A DNA stretch of 63,958 nt, filler included, from Salisapilia sapeloensis CBS 127946 (GCA_023334545.1; 12 parts of 12 records of this genome joined end to end with filler, not necessarily neighbours in it); one strand, 5' to 3'; positions 1 through 11,620 are shown, counted from the first letter of the whole stretch. Made by a program: numbers and translations. The notes: a model not told the origin generated them from the letters alone.

Positions 1-208
1 TCGGCTCGTCAATGCGACCGACGTGCTGCTCGACCACCGCTGCGCCAGCCACCGCACCACCGTGTCCACGTTCCTGCCGGTCCGAGCGCTCACCTTCACC
101 ACCGTGAACACCCCACCACCGTCATGTTCGATCAGCTCATCTAAAGCCAAGTACGATTGCAAGGTGTCATTGTCTGCGGCGGACAGGCGGTTCATCGACG
201 ATTTAACG
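1..208 (-). CDS. Possible last exon of an Arf-like small GTPase (ARL16-like C-terminus), runs off the window edge
   Basis: Minus-strand frame after a TTTTCAG acceptor reads ..LQSYLALDELIEHDGGGVFTVVKVSARTGRNVDTVVRWLAQRW, resembling the G5 motif (SAxxGxNV..v..WL). No upstream G1-G4 exons could be identified. Confidence 0.35.
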
Positions 209-1379
209 CTGAAAACTAGTTAAGAAAGGAAATATCCATAGAGAACGGCCCTAGCTATATTGGTACGACTTCACCTGACTGGAAACGCGCGCATGTAATT
301 GCACTTGGCGATTGATGGTCGCGTCTGATCGACGCAAAGCACAATCGAGATATGCAAGCAACCTTTCGTCCCTAGTCACTGTCTCTATCCCAGCGAAATT
401 CATGATTGCTTCTTGTGGCAAGTCCGTTCGTGTCGTTGGCAGTCACGTCGCCGTCATTAGTATTCATGATGGAGATGCCATGGGCATCTCTCCAGATACA
501 AATCACAACTTAGATGTAGCATAAGCTCCACATAGCAAGCACGACTGAGTCTTTTCTTCTCACCCTACCCATTTTCATATCTTTCCACATCTTCCGAACT
601 ATCCCGATCCTTTACGATGCTCCATCTACACCTTTGACATGTGATCAGCGTAAGCTGTCTTTGTATTCGCTCTTTCCTATTTTTCTCTATCAGAAAAGTT
701 CAGATAAAGGAAGACGAATCGTAGTACGTACTAGACTAGAATAGTAGTCGAAAGATCGGAACGATGGTGTAAGCCAAGTACTTGGGGTTACTACAATTCT
801 TCTCACTGGAAACTTGTCATCCAGACGGTGTGTATCTTGCGCCTGCCATAGGCGTCGAAAGTGTCTATTTCTCGAGAAGCGCTACTGGCTCCTTTACAGA
901 TTACTGCGTAGTAGTGGGAAAGCAACCGGAAACCAAGCCATGTCTAATGCGACTTATGATGCCTAGGATGTACGCTGGCTAGGTGAAACGTGACATTGGT
1001 GTCTTTCGTCGAAAGCGTGTCTTGGTGCTCACGACGGCAGAAAGTCGCATCCGTGTCATTGCAAACATCCATCCTCGCACGCTAAAGCTCCATGCGCATC
1101 TTCCCTTTCCTTTCCTTTGAAACCGTCCGTACGGTCGCATTTGCTCGGAAGACACCAAGTCCAGCACGATGCTCTGCATCAACAAATTCAAGTATATTAG
1201 GTATATCGACCGTTACCAGTCGTCAATCGCAACGTTTTCTCTTGTTCTTTGTATTTGACACATCTTTATGGTAATTCGACGTGGCCGGCCACACTAAACA
1301 TATTCGCTCCGTACCTGTACCTTAGGGCACGTACGAGACGTGTGTACCATCATTTTTTGGCTTTCCCTCGCCTAGGAAC

Positions 1380-3899
1380 ATGGTGCAGTCCAAGCTCGAG
1401 TCGAGCGACGCCGCCTCCAAAGCGGTTGCTCAACTCTCGGCAGAACAGCAGCAGAAATCGAGCATCTCCAAGGACCCGTACTTTCACATCTCCCCTCGGC
1501 AGCAACTAGAATACCTTAAAGTCGGCCGTGAACATGCCGCCGGACTCGCCGTCGATGCCTGTTGCGACTTGAGCAAATGGCGATTCGTCACGCAGCGTGG
1601 GAAGCTCCAGGTATTCGCATTACGGAGTGAGTCATCCGGCAGCCATTCGCTGCTCGGCATGACACGCGTACGGTCTTCCCTGGATGACTTTATGCGTATC
1701 ATGGCGACGGAGCAGCGAGGTACCTTCCAGGACTTGATCGCCGCTCTCCACGAGTCGGATGTCCGACAGGCAGACGTCCTATCGTCGTTCGGGAGTCTCG
1801 ACCAGGACTCGGAACAGTTCAGTATCAAAAACTTTTCGCTCAAATCTCCACAGGAATCGAGTGAGAAGAAGAGTAAGAAAGAGAGACGATCGAGCAGTTC
1901 CTCTCGTTCATCCACTGTCTCAAGTGCCAGCTCCTTTGACGACGGCACGGCTCCATTGGACATGTCTCTCGGTCGATCCACGAGCACTGGCACGAGCCAA
2001 GCAGTGGACGACGGAGGTCTCAACGTCTGCTTTGGCGAATACGCGTCCATTCGTCATAGTGGCAATGCTCGACCTTCCCATGATAACCGCTTCGGTATCA
2101 TCTCCATGTACTCTCTCGAAGACCCGCAAGTGACTCGCTACTGCGTTCCGATGGCATCCAACTCGTCTCCGAACTTTGCCGTCTCCGCTCGCACGCTCTT
2201 CCAGCACTCTGGTATCCTCGTGTATCCAGTACAAGGCAAGAAGTCCCATCCGGAGCTCGAAGTCGTGATGAAAGTCACGTGTGTCGTCCCAGAAGGTGCT
2301 GTGAGTCGCAGTAAGCAAGCGGCCGTCCTTCGTCATGTCTTTGCTTATGACGAGCTAGAAAACACGTTACTTGTCCTACGTCTACGTAATTCTCCGTACC
2401 TAACGGCAACGAATTGGGTCGATGATCGGTCGCGCAAGTGCTGCTTCGCTTGTCAGCAAAGCTTCTCGTCCTTCCGTCGTCGTCATCACTGTCGTCTCTG
2501 TGGCGAAGTCGCGTGTTCCAAGTGTTCTTCCGTCCGACAAGTGAAATTGACAAAGCAAGGCGGACGCTATCCGTTCCGTATCTGTCTCCAGTGCTGGCAT
2601 GGCGTGGAAGATCAGGCGCCAAAGATCCAGCGACAGGAAGAAGGGCGAGAACGATTTATTGCAGACTTGTTACCGCCAGTCTCGAACGATGAGACGAAAG
2701 AATCTGCATCCAAAACGCTGAGCATTCGATCGCGAAAGGAAGAGCCGATTAAGTTGTTGGATGAAGAGACGCTACGTCGATCGAGAGAGAATAGTGACGA
2801 GACAGCGAGTCGGTCGAGAGAAAATAGTGATGATACGGTCCGGCGATCGAGAGAAAATAGTGACGAGACGGTCAGTCGGTCAAGAGAGAATAGCGACGAG
2901 GACAGGACGTATGCTTCTGCCGTGACGGAGGAGTCGTCTGCAGCTTCCACTTGCTCGTCGTCTCCTCCGTCGCCTGTGAACAACGTGTATGCTCGACTAT
3001 CAGAGATGTCGTTGATGGAGTTCCACGACAGTGAGTACGACTTATCGCTTGATGACTTGCGCTTATCGGAGGAAGACGATCTGCGTAAACCAGCGTTTGC
3101 CGTCGTGGAAGAAGGAGATGAATTGTCGGATGAAGAGGACGTTCGACAGAGTGATGCACTTGCGTATGACTTTCATGACGATGAAGCTGATGATAGTGAT
3201 GAGTATTTGGAAGAAGAGGAGCTGGAAGTCGTGCAGTCGATGACGATAGCAAAGGACACGGTACTGCAGGATGAATACAGACTAAAGGTACTGGAGTCGT
3301 ATGGGATCATGGACTCTCCCAAGGAACTCGTGTTCGATGGCATTGCTAAGAGAGCTGCTCAGTTCCTCGACTGCAAGGTCGCGAGCGTCAGCTTTGTCGA
3401 TCATGAAAGAGAGTTTGTGAAAGCGAGCTACGGGATGTCGTCGGATCAGACGATGAACATCCCGCTCCGTCATTCCCTCGCAGCACACATCGTCCGACTC
3501 GGTGCTAAGAGCTCGACACCAGTGTGGAGCGTCCGAGACATGACAAGAGACGACGTCTTGGCTACCAACATGTTTGTCTTCGACCCTCCATACCTCATGT
3601 CATTAATCGGCGTACCGATCCGAGGTAAGCATGGCAAGGTGCTAGGCGCTCTTGTTCTCGGAAGCAGTCGCGAAGGCTCGGAACTGACACCGACGCAGCA
3701 GACATACTTGACCGATCTCGGAGAGCAGTTGCATGAACTGTTAGAAGATCGAGCGCAGCAGCGACGACAGGCGCAGCATGAGCAGAAGAGCATGCATAAC
3801 CAGTTGGCGAGTCTACTGAGCCAGACGTATCGCGTCGGTCAGCAAGTACAGGAGACGGAGGCGCAGATGCTAAAGCGCGAACGAAGTGTGGAGCTCTAA
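1380..3899 (+). CDS. START-like / FYVE zinc finger / GAF domain protein (oomycete-type architecture)
   Basis: 839-aa ORF. FYVE motif WVDDRSRKCCFACQQSFSSFRRRHHCRLCGEVACSKCS..RICLQC. GAF motif EYRLKVLESYGIMDSPKELVFDGIAKRAAQFLDCKVASVSFVD. N-terminal START-like region. Confidence 0.9.
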   Translation: MVQSKLESSDAASKAVAQLSAEQQQKSSISKDPYFHISPRQQLEYLKVGREHAAGLAVDACCDLSKWRFVTQRGKLQVFALRSESSGSHSLLGMTRVRSSLDDFMRIMATEQRGTFQDLIAALHESDVRQADVLSSFGSLDQDSEQFSIKNFSLKSPQESSEKKSKKERRSSSSSRSSTVSSASSFDDGTAPLDMSLGRSTSTGTSQAVDDGGLNVCFGEYASIRHSGNARPSHDNRFGIISMYSLEDPQVTRYCVPMASNSSPNFAVSARTLFQHSGILVYPVQGKKSHPELEVVMKVTCVVPEGAVSRSKQAAVLRHVFAYDELENTLLVLRLRNSPYLTATNWVDDRSRKCCFACQQSFSSFRRRHHCRLCGEVACSKCSSVRQVKLTKQGGRYPFRICLQCWHGVEDQAPKIQRQEEGRERFIADLLPPVSNDETKESASKTLSIRSRKEEPIKLLDEETLRRSRENSDETASRSRENSDDTVRRSRENSDETVSRSRENSDEDRTYASAVTEESSAASTCSSSPPSPVNNVYARLSEMSLMEFHDSEYDLSLDDLRLSEEDDLRKPAFAVVEEGDELSDEEDVRQSDALAYDFHDDEADDSDEYLEEEELEVVQSMTIAKDTVLQDEYRLKVLESYGIMDSPKELVFDGIAKRAAQFLDCKVASVSFVDHEREFVKASYGMSSDQTMNIPLRHSLAAHIVRLGAKSSTPVWSVRDMTRDDVLATNMFVFDPPYLMSLIGVPIRGKHGKVLGALVLGSSREGSELTPTQQTYLTDLGEQLHELLEDRAQQRRQAQHEQKSMHNQLASLLSQTYRVGQQVQETEAQMLKRERSVEL
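2766..2897 (+). repeat. Four in-frame 33-bp tandem repeats ([ED]TxxRSRENSD) inside the FYVE-GAF linker
   Basis: ETLRRSRENSD / ETASRSRENSD / DTVRRSRENSD / ETVSRSRENSD; the DNA units align at period 33. Confidence 0.9.
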
Positions 3900-3947
3900 G
3901 TATATAATAGAAGTGAACCAAACGTGTGTCTTTTCATGTTGCAACGT

Positions 3948-5327
3948 TTACATGTTTGCTGGGTTACGGAAGTGCTTGCCAGCGTACGTTGCGTCCTTGC
4001 CGAGCAGCTCTTCGATACGCAAGAGCTGGTTGTACTTGGCGAGACGCTCCGATCGGCACGGCGCGCCGGTCTTGATCTGACCAGTGCCGAGGCCAACGAC
4101 GAGGTCCGCGATATAGTTGTCTTCCGTCTCACCACTGCGGTGGGACGTCATGACGCCCCAGCCTTGTTCCTGCGCCATGCCGACGGCGTCGAGACTCTCG
4201 CTCACGCTGCCGATCTGGTTGACCTTGAGGAGCAGAGCGTTGCAGGCGGACTCGTTGATGGCTTTCTCGATACGAGTCGGGTTGGTGCACAGGAGGTCGT
4301 CACCAACGATCTGGACCTTTTCGCCGGAGCCCTTGGTGAACTTGGCGTAGCTGGCCCAGTCGTCCTGGTCGAACGGATCTTCGATCGAGACGATCGGGAA
4401 GTCCTTGGCCAAGTCACGGAAGAGCTGAGCGAGCTCTTCACCTGAGATGATGTCGCTTTCCGACGCGTTCTCATTCTTAAAGTCCATGTTGTATCGACCG
4501 TCGGACGTGTAGAACTCGGACGAGGCCGTGTCCATGGCGAGCTGGATGCGACCGGAGTATCCGGCCTTTTCAATCGCAGTCATGAGGAGTTCGACACCTT
4601 CCTGGTTGTTACGAATGGAAGGAGCAAAGCCACCTTCGTCACCGACGTTGGTCGCGTCGAGACCGTACTTGGCCTTGATGACGCTCTTCAAGTGGTGGTA
4701 CACTTCGCTACCCATGACCATGGCTTCACTGAAGCTTTCGGCACCAGTCGGCATGATCATGAACTCTTGGAATGCGAGGCCGTTACCGGCGTGCGAACCT
4801 CCGTTGATGACGTTAAAGGCCGGGACAGGGAGGACGATCGGCTGCGATGGACGGTTGAGCAGGTCGTGGAAGTGCTGGAAGAGAGGGACATCCTTGGCAG
4901 CAGCACCGGCCTTGGAGACGGCGAGTGACACACCGAGGATGGCGTTGGCGCCCAAGTTGGACTTGTTGTCCGTGCCGTCCAAGGATCGCATGAGGTCATC
5001 AATGTCACGCTGCTTGGTGACATCCATGCCCTGGAGCTTGGGTCCGATGGTCGACTTGACGCTGTCGACGGCCTTGAGGACACCCTTGCCCATGTAGCGT
5101 TTGCCGCCGTCACGGAGCTCCATAGCTTCGTGGACACCAGTCGAAGCACCGGACGGGACGGAAGCACGGAACATGCCATTGTTGGTCGTCAGGTCGACTT
5201 CGACCGTCGGGTTACCACGCGAGTCGAGGACTTCACGCGCATGGACGTTCTGGATGGTGCTCGCAGCACGGGAAGATAGCGTCCGGATGGACGGCGTAAT
5301 CGGACGAAGCGTCGAGGGGGTCAGCAT
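3948..5327 (-). CDS. ENO: Enolase (2-phosphoglycerate dehydratase) with predicted mitochondrial presequence
   Basis: [51 protein letters not shown] and SHRSGETED motifs. N-terminal Arg/Ser/Thr-rich, acid-free extension [23 protein letters not shown]. Confidence 0.97.
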   Translation of the reverse strand: MLTPSTLRPITPSIRTLSSRAASTIQNVHAREVLDSRGNPTVEVDLTTNNGMFRASVPSGASTGVHEAMELRDGGKRYMGKGVLKAVDSVKSTIGPKLQGMDVTKQRDIDDLMRSLDGTDNKSNLGANAILGVSLAVSKAGAAAKDVPLFQHFHDLLNRPSQPIVLPVPAFNVINGGSHAGNGLAFQEFMIMPTGAESFSEAMVMGSEVYHHLKSVIKAKYGLDATNVGDEGGFAPSIRNNQEGVELLMTAIEKAGYSGRIQLAMDTASSEFYTSDGRYNMDFKNENASESDIISGEELAQLFRDLAKDFPIVSIEDPFDQDDWASYAKFTKGSGEKVQIVGDDLLCTNPTRIEKAINESACNALLLKVNQIGSVSESLDAVGMAQEQGWGVMTSHRSGETEDNYIADLVVGLGTGQIKTGAPCRSERLAKYNQLLRIEELLGKDATYAGKHFRNPANM

Positions 5328-6095
5328 GATCTACTTGTGTGGACAAGAGCGAATGACATCGCATCCTTTTGGTGCTTGGGGGAGGCCATGTGTCAGTGAA
5401 TTAATATTCTAATTCACTTCTTTTAGGAAACGTTTTATCAATGAGGTGAAAGGGTTTCGAAGGGTTTGAATGGGTGCGTACAGGTTCTTTTATGCCATTT
5501 CGATGGCCATAGTAGACGACCGTCTGTTTCTACGCGCGTAGGGAGTTGATGCAGTTTCGACGAGAACCATCTTTGATAACAGGAGAAGCACGTGCGAAGG
5601 CAGTGTAATGAATTCCACCGATTGCGTAGCAAAGATGAGTATTTGCATTTCCGCTATCCGTTTCGCTTTCAAGTGCAATTTCCATCGACACCATCGAAAG
5701 CTTTCGCGTCAGACCAGATGGAGTGTCTGAAGAGGATCGTATTGGAGGAAGCATGGTAAGCGATCTTTGTGTCACTCGGTGCAATTGCAACGGTACGTCT
5801 GGTAGATAAGGCGCAAATCCAGTAAGAGTATGTGTTTTAGTAATAGATGGAAGCAATCAGATGCGGATGAAGAAGGCTAATGAAAATAAACTACTATATT
5901 TCTCTCTCTCTCTCTCTTTCTCTTGGTAGCATTCGCTTCCTCGGTTTACTTGAACGCATCGCCTTCCTTTTACTTGCTCCGATCGTGCAATAGCGTCTAC
6001 CGACGGATAAGGTGATGTTCACTCGACCCAAAGCGTTTGAATTATCAACATATTGGTTCTTCCTCACAAGCGTTGGCTTTCCGTCCTCCTTGCAC

Positions 6096-6494
6096 TCATT
6101 CACATGGCAGTGTTCGAGACGGGTACCGCCGTTCAGTCGCGAGGGCTTTCACAAGCGAGTGGAGCTCACGCACATGACGTGTGGCCGTGCCAACTTGCTC
6201 TTGGATTTGGCAAACGGAAGTCGTGAGACGCTCGACGTCTTCGAGCATTCGCTCTTCGTCCTCACTCCCGCTGCTCGAGTCGGATTCGTCCGACTTGTGT
6301 CCTTCTGCGCGCTTTCGCTTGCCAGCTTGAATCGCTTGGTGGAGCTCAGCTTGCTCCTCCTGGAGCTCATCCAGATCGTGCTGCCATTGCCGGCGACGGT
6401 TGCGCATCCTGGCGGACTCAGCTTGGAATTCGCGTTCCTGGCGTTCCACTTGGGGCGGCACCGGTGGTGATGGTGCAGGTGTGTGTCGATTCAT
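6096..6494 (-). CDS. Hypothetical coiled-coil protein
   Basis: Open frame MNRHTPAPSPPVPPQVERQEREFQ... with heptad-like charged helices. The ORF extends upstream to 6764, so the start is uncertain. No family recognised. Confidence 0.4.
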   Translation of the reverse strand: MNRHTPAPSPPVPPQVERQEREFQAESARMRNRRRQWQHDLDELQEEQAELHQAIQAGKRKRAEGHKSDESDSSSGSEDEERMLEDVERLTTSVCQIQEQVGTATRHVRELHSLVKALATERRYPSRTLPCE

Positions 6495-7380
6495 GCGGCG
6501 CGCTTGGTAGTAGTGTGCCCAGCGTCGCTGCTGGTGGATCTGTGTGGCCTTGATGGGGGCCCGGACGGGAGATACGTTTCCAGTGTGCATGGTTGGCGAT
6601 GTGTATGTGATAGTGTGCTGTGTGCGTGGCGCGTGGAGCTTGGTCCAGTGTGCAGTGTGCTCTGTCGGTCCAAAGCGAGAATGAACAGCACCGAGTTTCG
6701 CTCGATTCTCTCGACGTCGTTGGAAGCTCTTGTCTCTTGTTCCTATGTCTTGGTTTACTGTCACTAGTTCACACGTCCCAAAAATCTATTCAGCTCCGGT
6801 CGTACTTACCGCCCGATTAACCTTAACTTTTGTATCTGCAAGTTGCGAGAGGGGGACAATATCACGGAGCTAAACTATACGTTGTGCGGTCGGTCGTGAT
6901 CCTAGACAGTCTATGGGCGTTCGATTCCGTTCTGCTTTTCGATGCTTGAAGGCGTGAGTAATCGCCCTCTGGGTCGTCAGAATTTGGCTACAACACACCC
7001 ATCGCTATCCTTTTTTCCTCACATCTAAAGGCCAAAGGCGCTACTCGAACATAACTCGTAACTCACTGCTTCACTATGGAAAAACGCGAGCCAAAAAGCA
7101 CGCATTTGAGCATTTGAGAAAAGTAAAACACCGTTCTGGGGAATTCGTAGTATTTTTCAAAAAAGTCGATTATTTTGAAAAAGACGCAGCGAATTCCGGC
7201 TATGGGAAGCGCATTCGAACCGCGCGACGTAAAAGCCAGGCTATGACCCTCGTTTGACGGTCGTTCGCTCTCCTTCGTCAGCCTCTGGGATGATGAAATG
7301 ACTGTACGACCCTATCCTGGATGGAGAAGACAGAAAGCCAGCTTCGAAATGCAGTTTCAAACTATACCACGGTTTCTACC

Positions 7381-9058
7381 CTACGCGTCAAGATGTGTCG
7401 GCGCTCGTCGAACTGGGATCAATAAATGCTTACGCAAGTTGAGCACGAAGCCTGCGCCACGCATTCTCCGAGGCCCACTGCGCGCAGCTTGGCGCTCCCA
7501 TCGGCGGAGAGCAAATCGGAGCTGGATTCGACGAACGACCATAGAAACTTGGGTGCATGTCTGTTGGTCTCGTTGCCAGCGGGAGAATGCGTGCCAGGTA
7601 CGAAACGCCCGAGCTATTTGCTGCAAGAGAAGTTGCTGCAAATACCGACGCATGGTGCATTGTGCCCGTCTCTGCGCAGTTGTAAACAAGGCTTCTAATG
7701 CCCCATTCGCTGCCGCTTCAATATCCAGCAAGCGCAGCTCCGCCACGGCAGCTTGTAACCCAGCCACTTCATGAGACGCAGCGTCCAGTTCATTCCGACA
7801 GATGGCGGTCACCTCTTCCAAGTTGTTCCTTCGTTGCCGCAACGCACGACGCTGCTGGCGTAGACGCGCTTCGATGCCATCCACAGCTGACTGGTACGTA
7901 TCCTTGCTCTGAACAATCGTCCGCAGCAATCCGCACTTCTTTGTTTTTCGTTCGAGCCACGGTCGAGCTGTCCCATCTAGCACGAAAGAGATCGAAAGTT
8001 CACATCGGTTCAAGATATTCGAGTGGAAACTGGAGGAAACCTTGGTACGTCGCGAGGTTACCGATTGTCACAAGGGTCCAGTAGACCGTCGCCTGGTGAT
8101 CGATCGGATGAAACGTGTTTAACATGTCTTGGCATGTCTCGAGCGCCATCAAAGATAGCAACGAGCGGTTTCCGTCCGGGTTCGCATGGGAAAATTTAGC
8201 CAAGAGCCGAAGAGCTTCTCTTTTCCCTTCGGCATCGATCCGAGGCGCGTCGGAAACATGATCTACTTCGATGGGATTGCTCAATAATTGAATAACCACG
8301 TCAAGACCGTTCGAAGACTCGAAATAGTGCTTCCCGGAATCGTTTCCATGCACCACAGACGCAAGAAAGCGTAGACACGCAGCCGTCGGTTTCTCCACTA
8401 TCCGTTGGCAAGCCCACTCTACGCATGCAGCAGTAGATAGGAGCTGCTGCGTCGGACCACCAAGTTCACTTAATAGTGTGAGTACTGCCATCACCATCCG
8501 AGTCGCATCCTCATGGCTTGGTAATCTCAAGAGCGTATCCAACAGGATCTGAAGACCGCCGCATGCATTCAACTCTAGCTCACATGTAGCTAGGGTGTAA
8601 TTTTGCATGGATCGACTTGCCTGTTCCAAGCGATGACGGATCCATTCAAGCAGACTTAGAATAGCTGCAGTGTCCTGCCGGCGCAGAGCTCTTTTCAATT
8701 GCTTTATCGCATCGTCTAAGTTACTGCAATATCGTGTTTGCCACTGCAATGTCGGTGGTGAAAGAGTAGATAACAGCACGGACGAGCTCCAGTCGCTTAC
8801 AGCGGCTTGGTTGACACTCCGACAACGTAGATGGTAGGCACTCGCAGCTTCAAGATGCAGTAGATGATAGTGTTGGTTTCGACCGCTATACACTCGTGCA
8901 AATCGAATCAAACCATTCTTATCAGGTCGTTGGCCCATTTCCAGTTCAAACCAAATATCCAGACCAGCATTCGTCTTCTCGTTCTTTCGTACTTGCCAGA
9001 ACACTTGCACGTCATGTACGCCAACGCAAGTGGTAAGTACCTTCGGTACGGGGGGAGC
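7381..9058 (-). CDS. Fibronectin type III + armadillo-like repeats + coiled coil (two exons; probably the 3' part of the 9102-10355 gene)
   Basis: After a TAG acceptor at ~9058 the frame reads PPVPKVLTTCVGVHDVQVFW..FELEM..VYSG..YHLRCRSVNQAAVSDWS (FN3), then ARM-like helices (GGLQILLDTL, NGLDVVIQLL). An intron near 8.0 kb leads to the coiled-coil ORF 7381-8013. Confidence 0.65.
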
Positions 9059-9101
9059 TAGCCGATCAGAAAATTAGTTTCCCGCGGTCGTCATATTTCA
9101 G

Positions 9102-10355
9102 TTACAATCGAAGGGACGTACTTACACAACTCTGCGCTGTCTCTAGAATCGGTTGAATGCAATAGCAACCGTCTGGAGAAGTTGTCAATGGATTGTACGG
9201 TTGTAGACCGATGAGTTTGCCTCCGATGGTAAAGACAGCAGCTCCATCAGTGCCAGTTTCGGTAGTTGTATCATACTTGACCTGCCGTGCTTTCACCGAG
9301 CTTGGTAAAAGATCTTGTATCTGACGAGCGTATACTGCTTGCATCCGACCATAAGGATGGCCGACAACCTCGACGTGATGTCCTCGATCGATTCGATTCC
9401 ATCCGGCACACCCAAGTTTCCGGTCATTCAGCTCCAAGCGAAGTGGGATGACACTCCCACCAGCGGCATTCTTAAAAGCCTCTTCATTTAGCGCGCAGAA
9501 GACAAACTTGTGACTATCATTCGTACCCTGAAAGATATCTTTGATAGAGACTTGAAGGAAGAAGTTCTCACTTTGCAACTGGACATGGAATGGAAGAAGA
9601 TTGTCAGCATGATTGCATACAACGTACGATTCTGTCGCCACTTCTCGACTAGGTATGGAATGGCCATTGGTAAGGACACATAGCACGCCAGCAAAGTACC
9701 CGATGATACCAGAATCATGCAGGGACTTGGTAGGCGTCGCGATTTTCACCACTGCTTTTCGGTAATAATACGGCTCGATGGGAATGTCATCGTTTCCATT
9801 TTTAAGGAAAGCTGGTTTATCCTCTAGTCGAGAATTCGTTCGCGTGTCCAGGTAGTAGAACGTTTGTGTTGATGTATCGAAGAGCTTCATGTAATTCTCT
9901 CGTACCATTCGCTGCATCAGTCTCCGAGCAAGATATGCCCTCCCGCATCGCTGAATCGAAGTGGCAGCTTCGAGCTTAGTAAGCGGCTCCATTCTTCGGG
10001 CCCGAAGGGATGCATCGGAGGCAACGAATAACTTGATTGCATCCGGCTGTTCCCATGAGCTCTCGTTCGTAAGTAGATTGACGTAAAAGTACTGGCGCAT
10101 GATTGAATCATAGCGCCTTTCGTATCGATCCGCAACAAGGTTCGAGATCCACAACCGAACCAAGTGTCCCTTTATCACTCGTTGTAGCATTCGAGCAGCT
10201 CGGTCTTCTTCTAATGCTCTCCATTCAGCCATGAGTTGCACTCGAGGCTGTGATGACGTCGTACCCAGCGTCGGCAACGCCAGACGCTGCTTATTTCCAC
10301 GGCCTCGTCCACGTCTTGACTGTGTTCGGCCATTCCTGGAGCTTTCCAACGACAT
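9102..10355 (-). CDS. IQ-WW-IQ-WW protein with a degenerate trypsin-like peptidase domain
   Basis: IQ-like AARMLQRVIKGHLVR and AATSIQRCGRAYLAR. WW-like YERRYDSIMRQYFYVNLLTNESSWEQP. Peptidase-like LTNGHS, VVGHPYG, YDTTTETGTDGAAVF. Confidence 0.75.
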   Translation of the reverse strand: MSLESSRNGRTQSRRGRGRGNKQRLALPTLGTTSSQPRVQLMAEWRALEEDRAARMLQRVIKGHLVRLWISNLVADRYERRYDSIMRQYFYVNLLTNESSWEQPDAIKLFVASDASLRARRMEPLTKLEAATSIQRCGRAYLARRLMQRMVRENYMKLFDTSTQTFYYLDTRTNSRLEDKPAFLKNGNDDIPIEPYYYRKAVVKIATPTKSLHDSGIIGYFAGVLCVLTNGHSIPSREVATESYVVCNHADNLLPFHVQLQSENFFLQVSIKDIFQGTNDSHKFVFCALNEEAFKNAAGGSVIPLRLELNDRKLGCAGWNRIDRGHHVEVVGHPYGRMQAVYARQIQDLLPSSVKARQVKYDTTTETGTDGAAVFTIGGKLIGLQPYNPLTTSPDGCYCIQPILETAQSCVSTSLRL

Positions 10356-10549
10356 ACGAAAAGAGCAGTAGCCAGACTGTCGAAGCGGCAATAGCAAACC
10401 GTTAGGAATCTATTTATATCTATTTTCTTTCGACAGCATCCAACTTGTAGCAAGAAGGAGCGAGATAAACGTAAATGATAAGCTAGAAGAACGTGTACAA
10501 ACACTTCTATTCTAGGCTTCTAGAAAATTGCAATCGACCTACTAGCTAC

Positions 10550-11620
10550 TCAAGCCGCTACGACGTCAGTCGTTCCATCCAACTCTTGCAGTCTATTCAC
10601 GACCGTATCCAATTGCTTTCGCAATGATCGTCTCTTTCCCTTGCGTTTCGGTCCGATTTCGCTTTGAATAAGCTTTCCAAGCTTTTCTTTTCTCTCCAGC
10701 AGCTCTTCGTAACTACCTTGAACTAGATACTTGTGCTCTGAACAGAATACCTTGGTCGTTTGCAACTGACAACTGCAGTTTTCACACAAGAGGACGTGCA
10801 TCCGACAGTAGTCACATCGATGTCCTTGGAGTGTATCATACGGCTTTCCACAAGCTTCACATGCTCCTGCGACTTCCTGACTGTCGGGTGTCTGAACAGC
10901 GACTCGATGGTCAAAGACAAAGTTCTTGCCTTTGAACAGCCCACCTCCGTCCGGATAAGCTTCCAAGTACCTGTGGATCCCACCTTCAAGCTGGTAGACT
11001 TGAGGCAGTCCCAAGTGTCGCAAGTAGGCTGAGGCTTTTTCACATCGGATACCACCCGTACAGTACATGAAAATCTTGTCTTTCTTTTGTAATTCCGGCA
11101 ATTGGTTATTGACCCACTCTGGAAATTGGCCAAAACGACGTGTCTTGGGATTCATAGCTTGTTCGAAGTGGCCCAGATTGTACTCGTATGTATTCCGGAC
11201 GTCAATGAGAGCACAGTTATCTGCTGGTGTTTCCTCATTCTGCTTCTTAAACTCCCGAGGCGATAGATGGATGCCTCGATTGGACAAATCGTACTGATCC
11301 GAAGGTAGTTCCAATGCCACGATTTCTTTCGTTGCTCGTATCTGAAGGTCATCGAATGGCTCGACATCAGAGGCACTCGTTTTCCAGTCAATATCCGTTC
11401 CTTGGAATAACGATGACTGCTGCATCGCTGATATGTACTGCTGGATGCTACTTTCACGACCACCCAGTGTCCCATTGATACCTTCCATTGCTAATCGAAC
11501 TCGACCTTTCAGTTCCAATGATTGGCATAGTTTTCTATGCTCTTCGACAATCGAATCTAGCTCTTCCAAAGAGCTACAGAGCTCAATGTACTTGTAGTAG
11601 AGCACCACCGAGTACGTCAT
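10550..11620 (-). CDS. TSTD2: Rhodanese-domain protein, TSTD2 / TrhO (UPF0176) family
   Basis: LYYKY, GRVRLAMEGINGT, LIDVRNTYEYNLGHF, MYCTGGIRCEKASAYL, YQLEGGIHRYLE, GKNFVFDHR. Confidence 0.9.
   Translation of the reverse strand: MTYSVVLYYKYIELCSSLEELDSIVEEHRKLCQSLELKGRVRLAMEGINGTLGGRESSIQQYISAMQQSSLFQGTDIDWKTSASDVEPFDDLQIRATKEIVALELPSDQYDLSNRGIHLSPREFKKQNEETPADNCALIDVRNTYEYNLGHFEQAMNPKTRRFGQFPEWVNNQLPELQKKDKIFMYCTGGIRCEKASAYLRHLGLPQVYQLEGGIHRYLEAYPDGGGLFKGKNFVFDHRVAVQTPDSQEVAGACEACGKPYDTLQGHRCDYCRMHVLLCENCSCQLQTTKVFCSEHKYLVQGSYEELLERKEKLGKLIQSEIGPKRKGKRRSLRKQLDTVVNRLQELDGTTDVVAA

Noticed and set aside
990-1130. PH-domain-like stretch GVFRRKRVLVLTT..HPRTLKLHAHLPF
   Set aside because: Short, ends in a stop, and no consistent exon chain could be built.
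5583-5755. Possible plus-strand exon (EKHVRRQCNEFHRL..LEEAW) between AG and GT sites
   Set aside because: No convincing start, complete gene model or family match; left uncalled.
5901-5916. (TC)8 microsatellite
   Set aside because: Real but ordinary.
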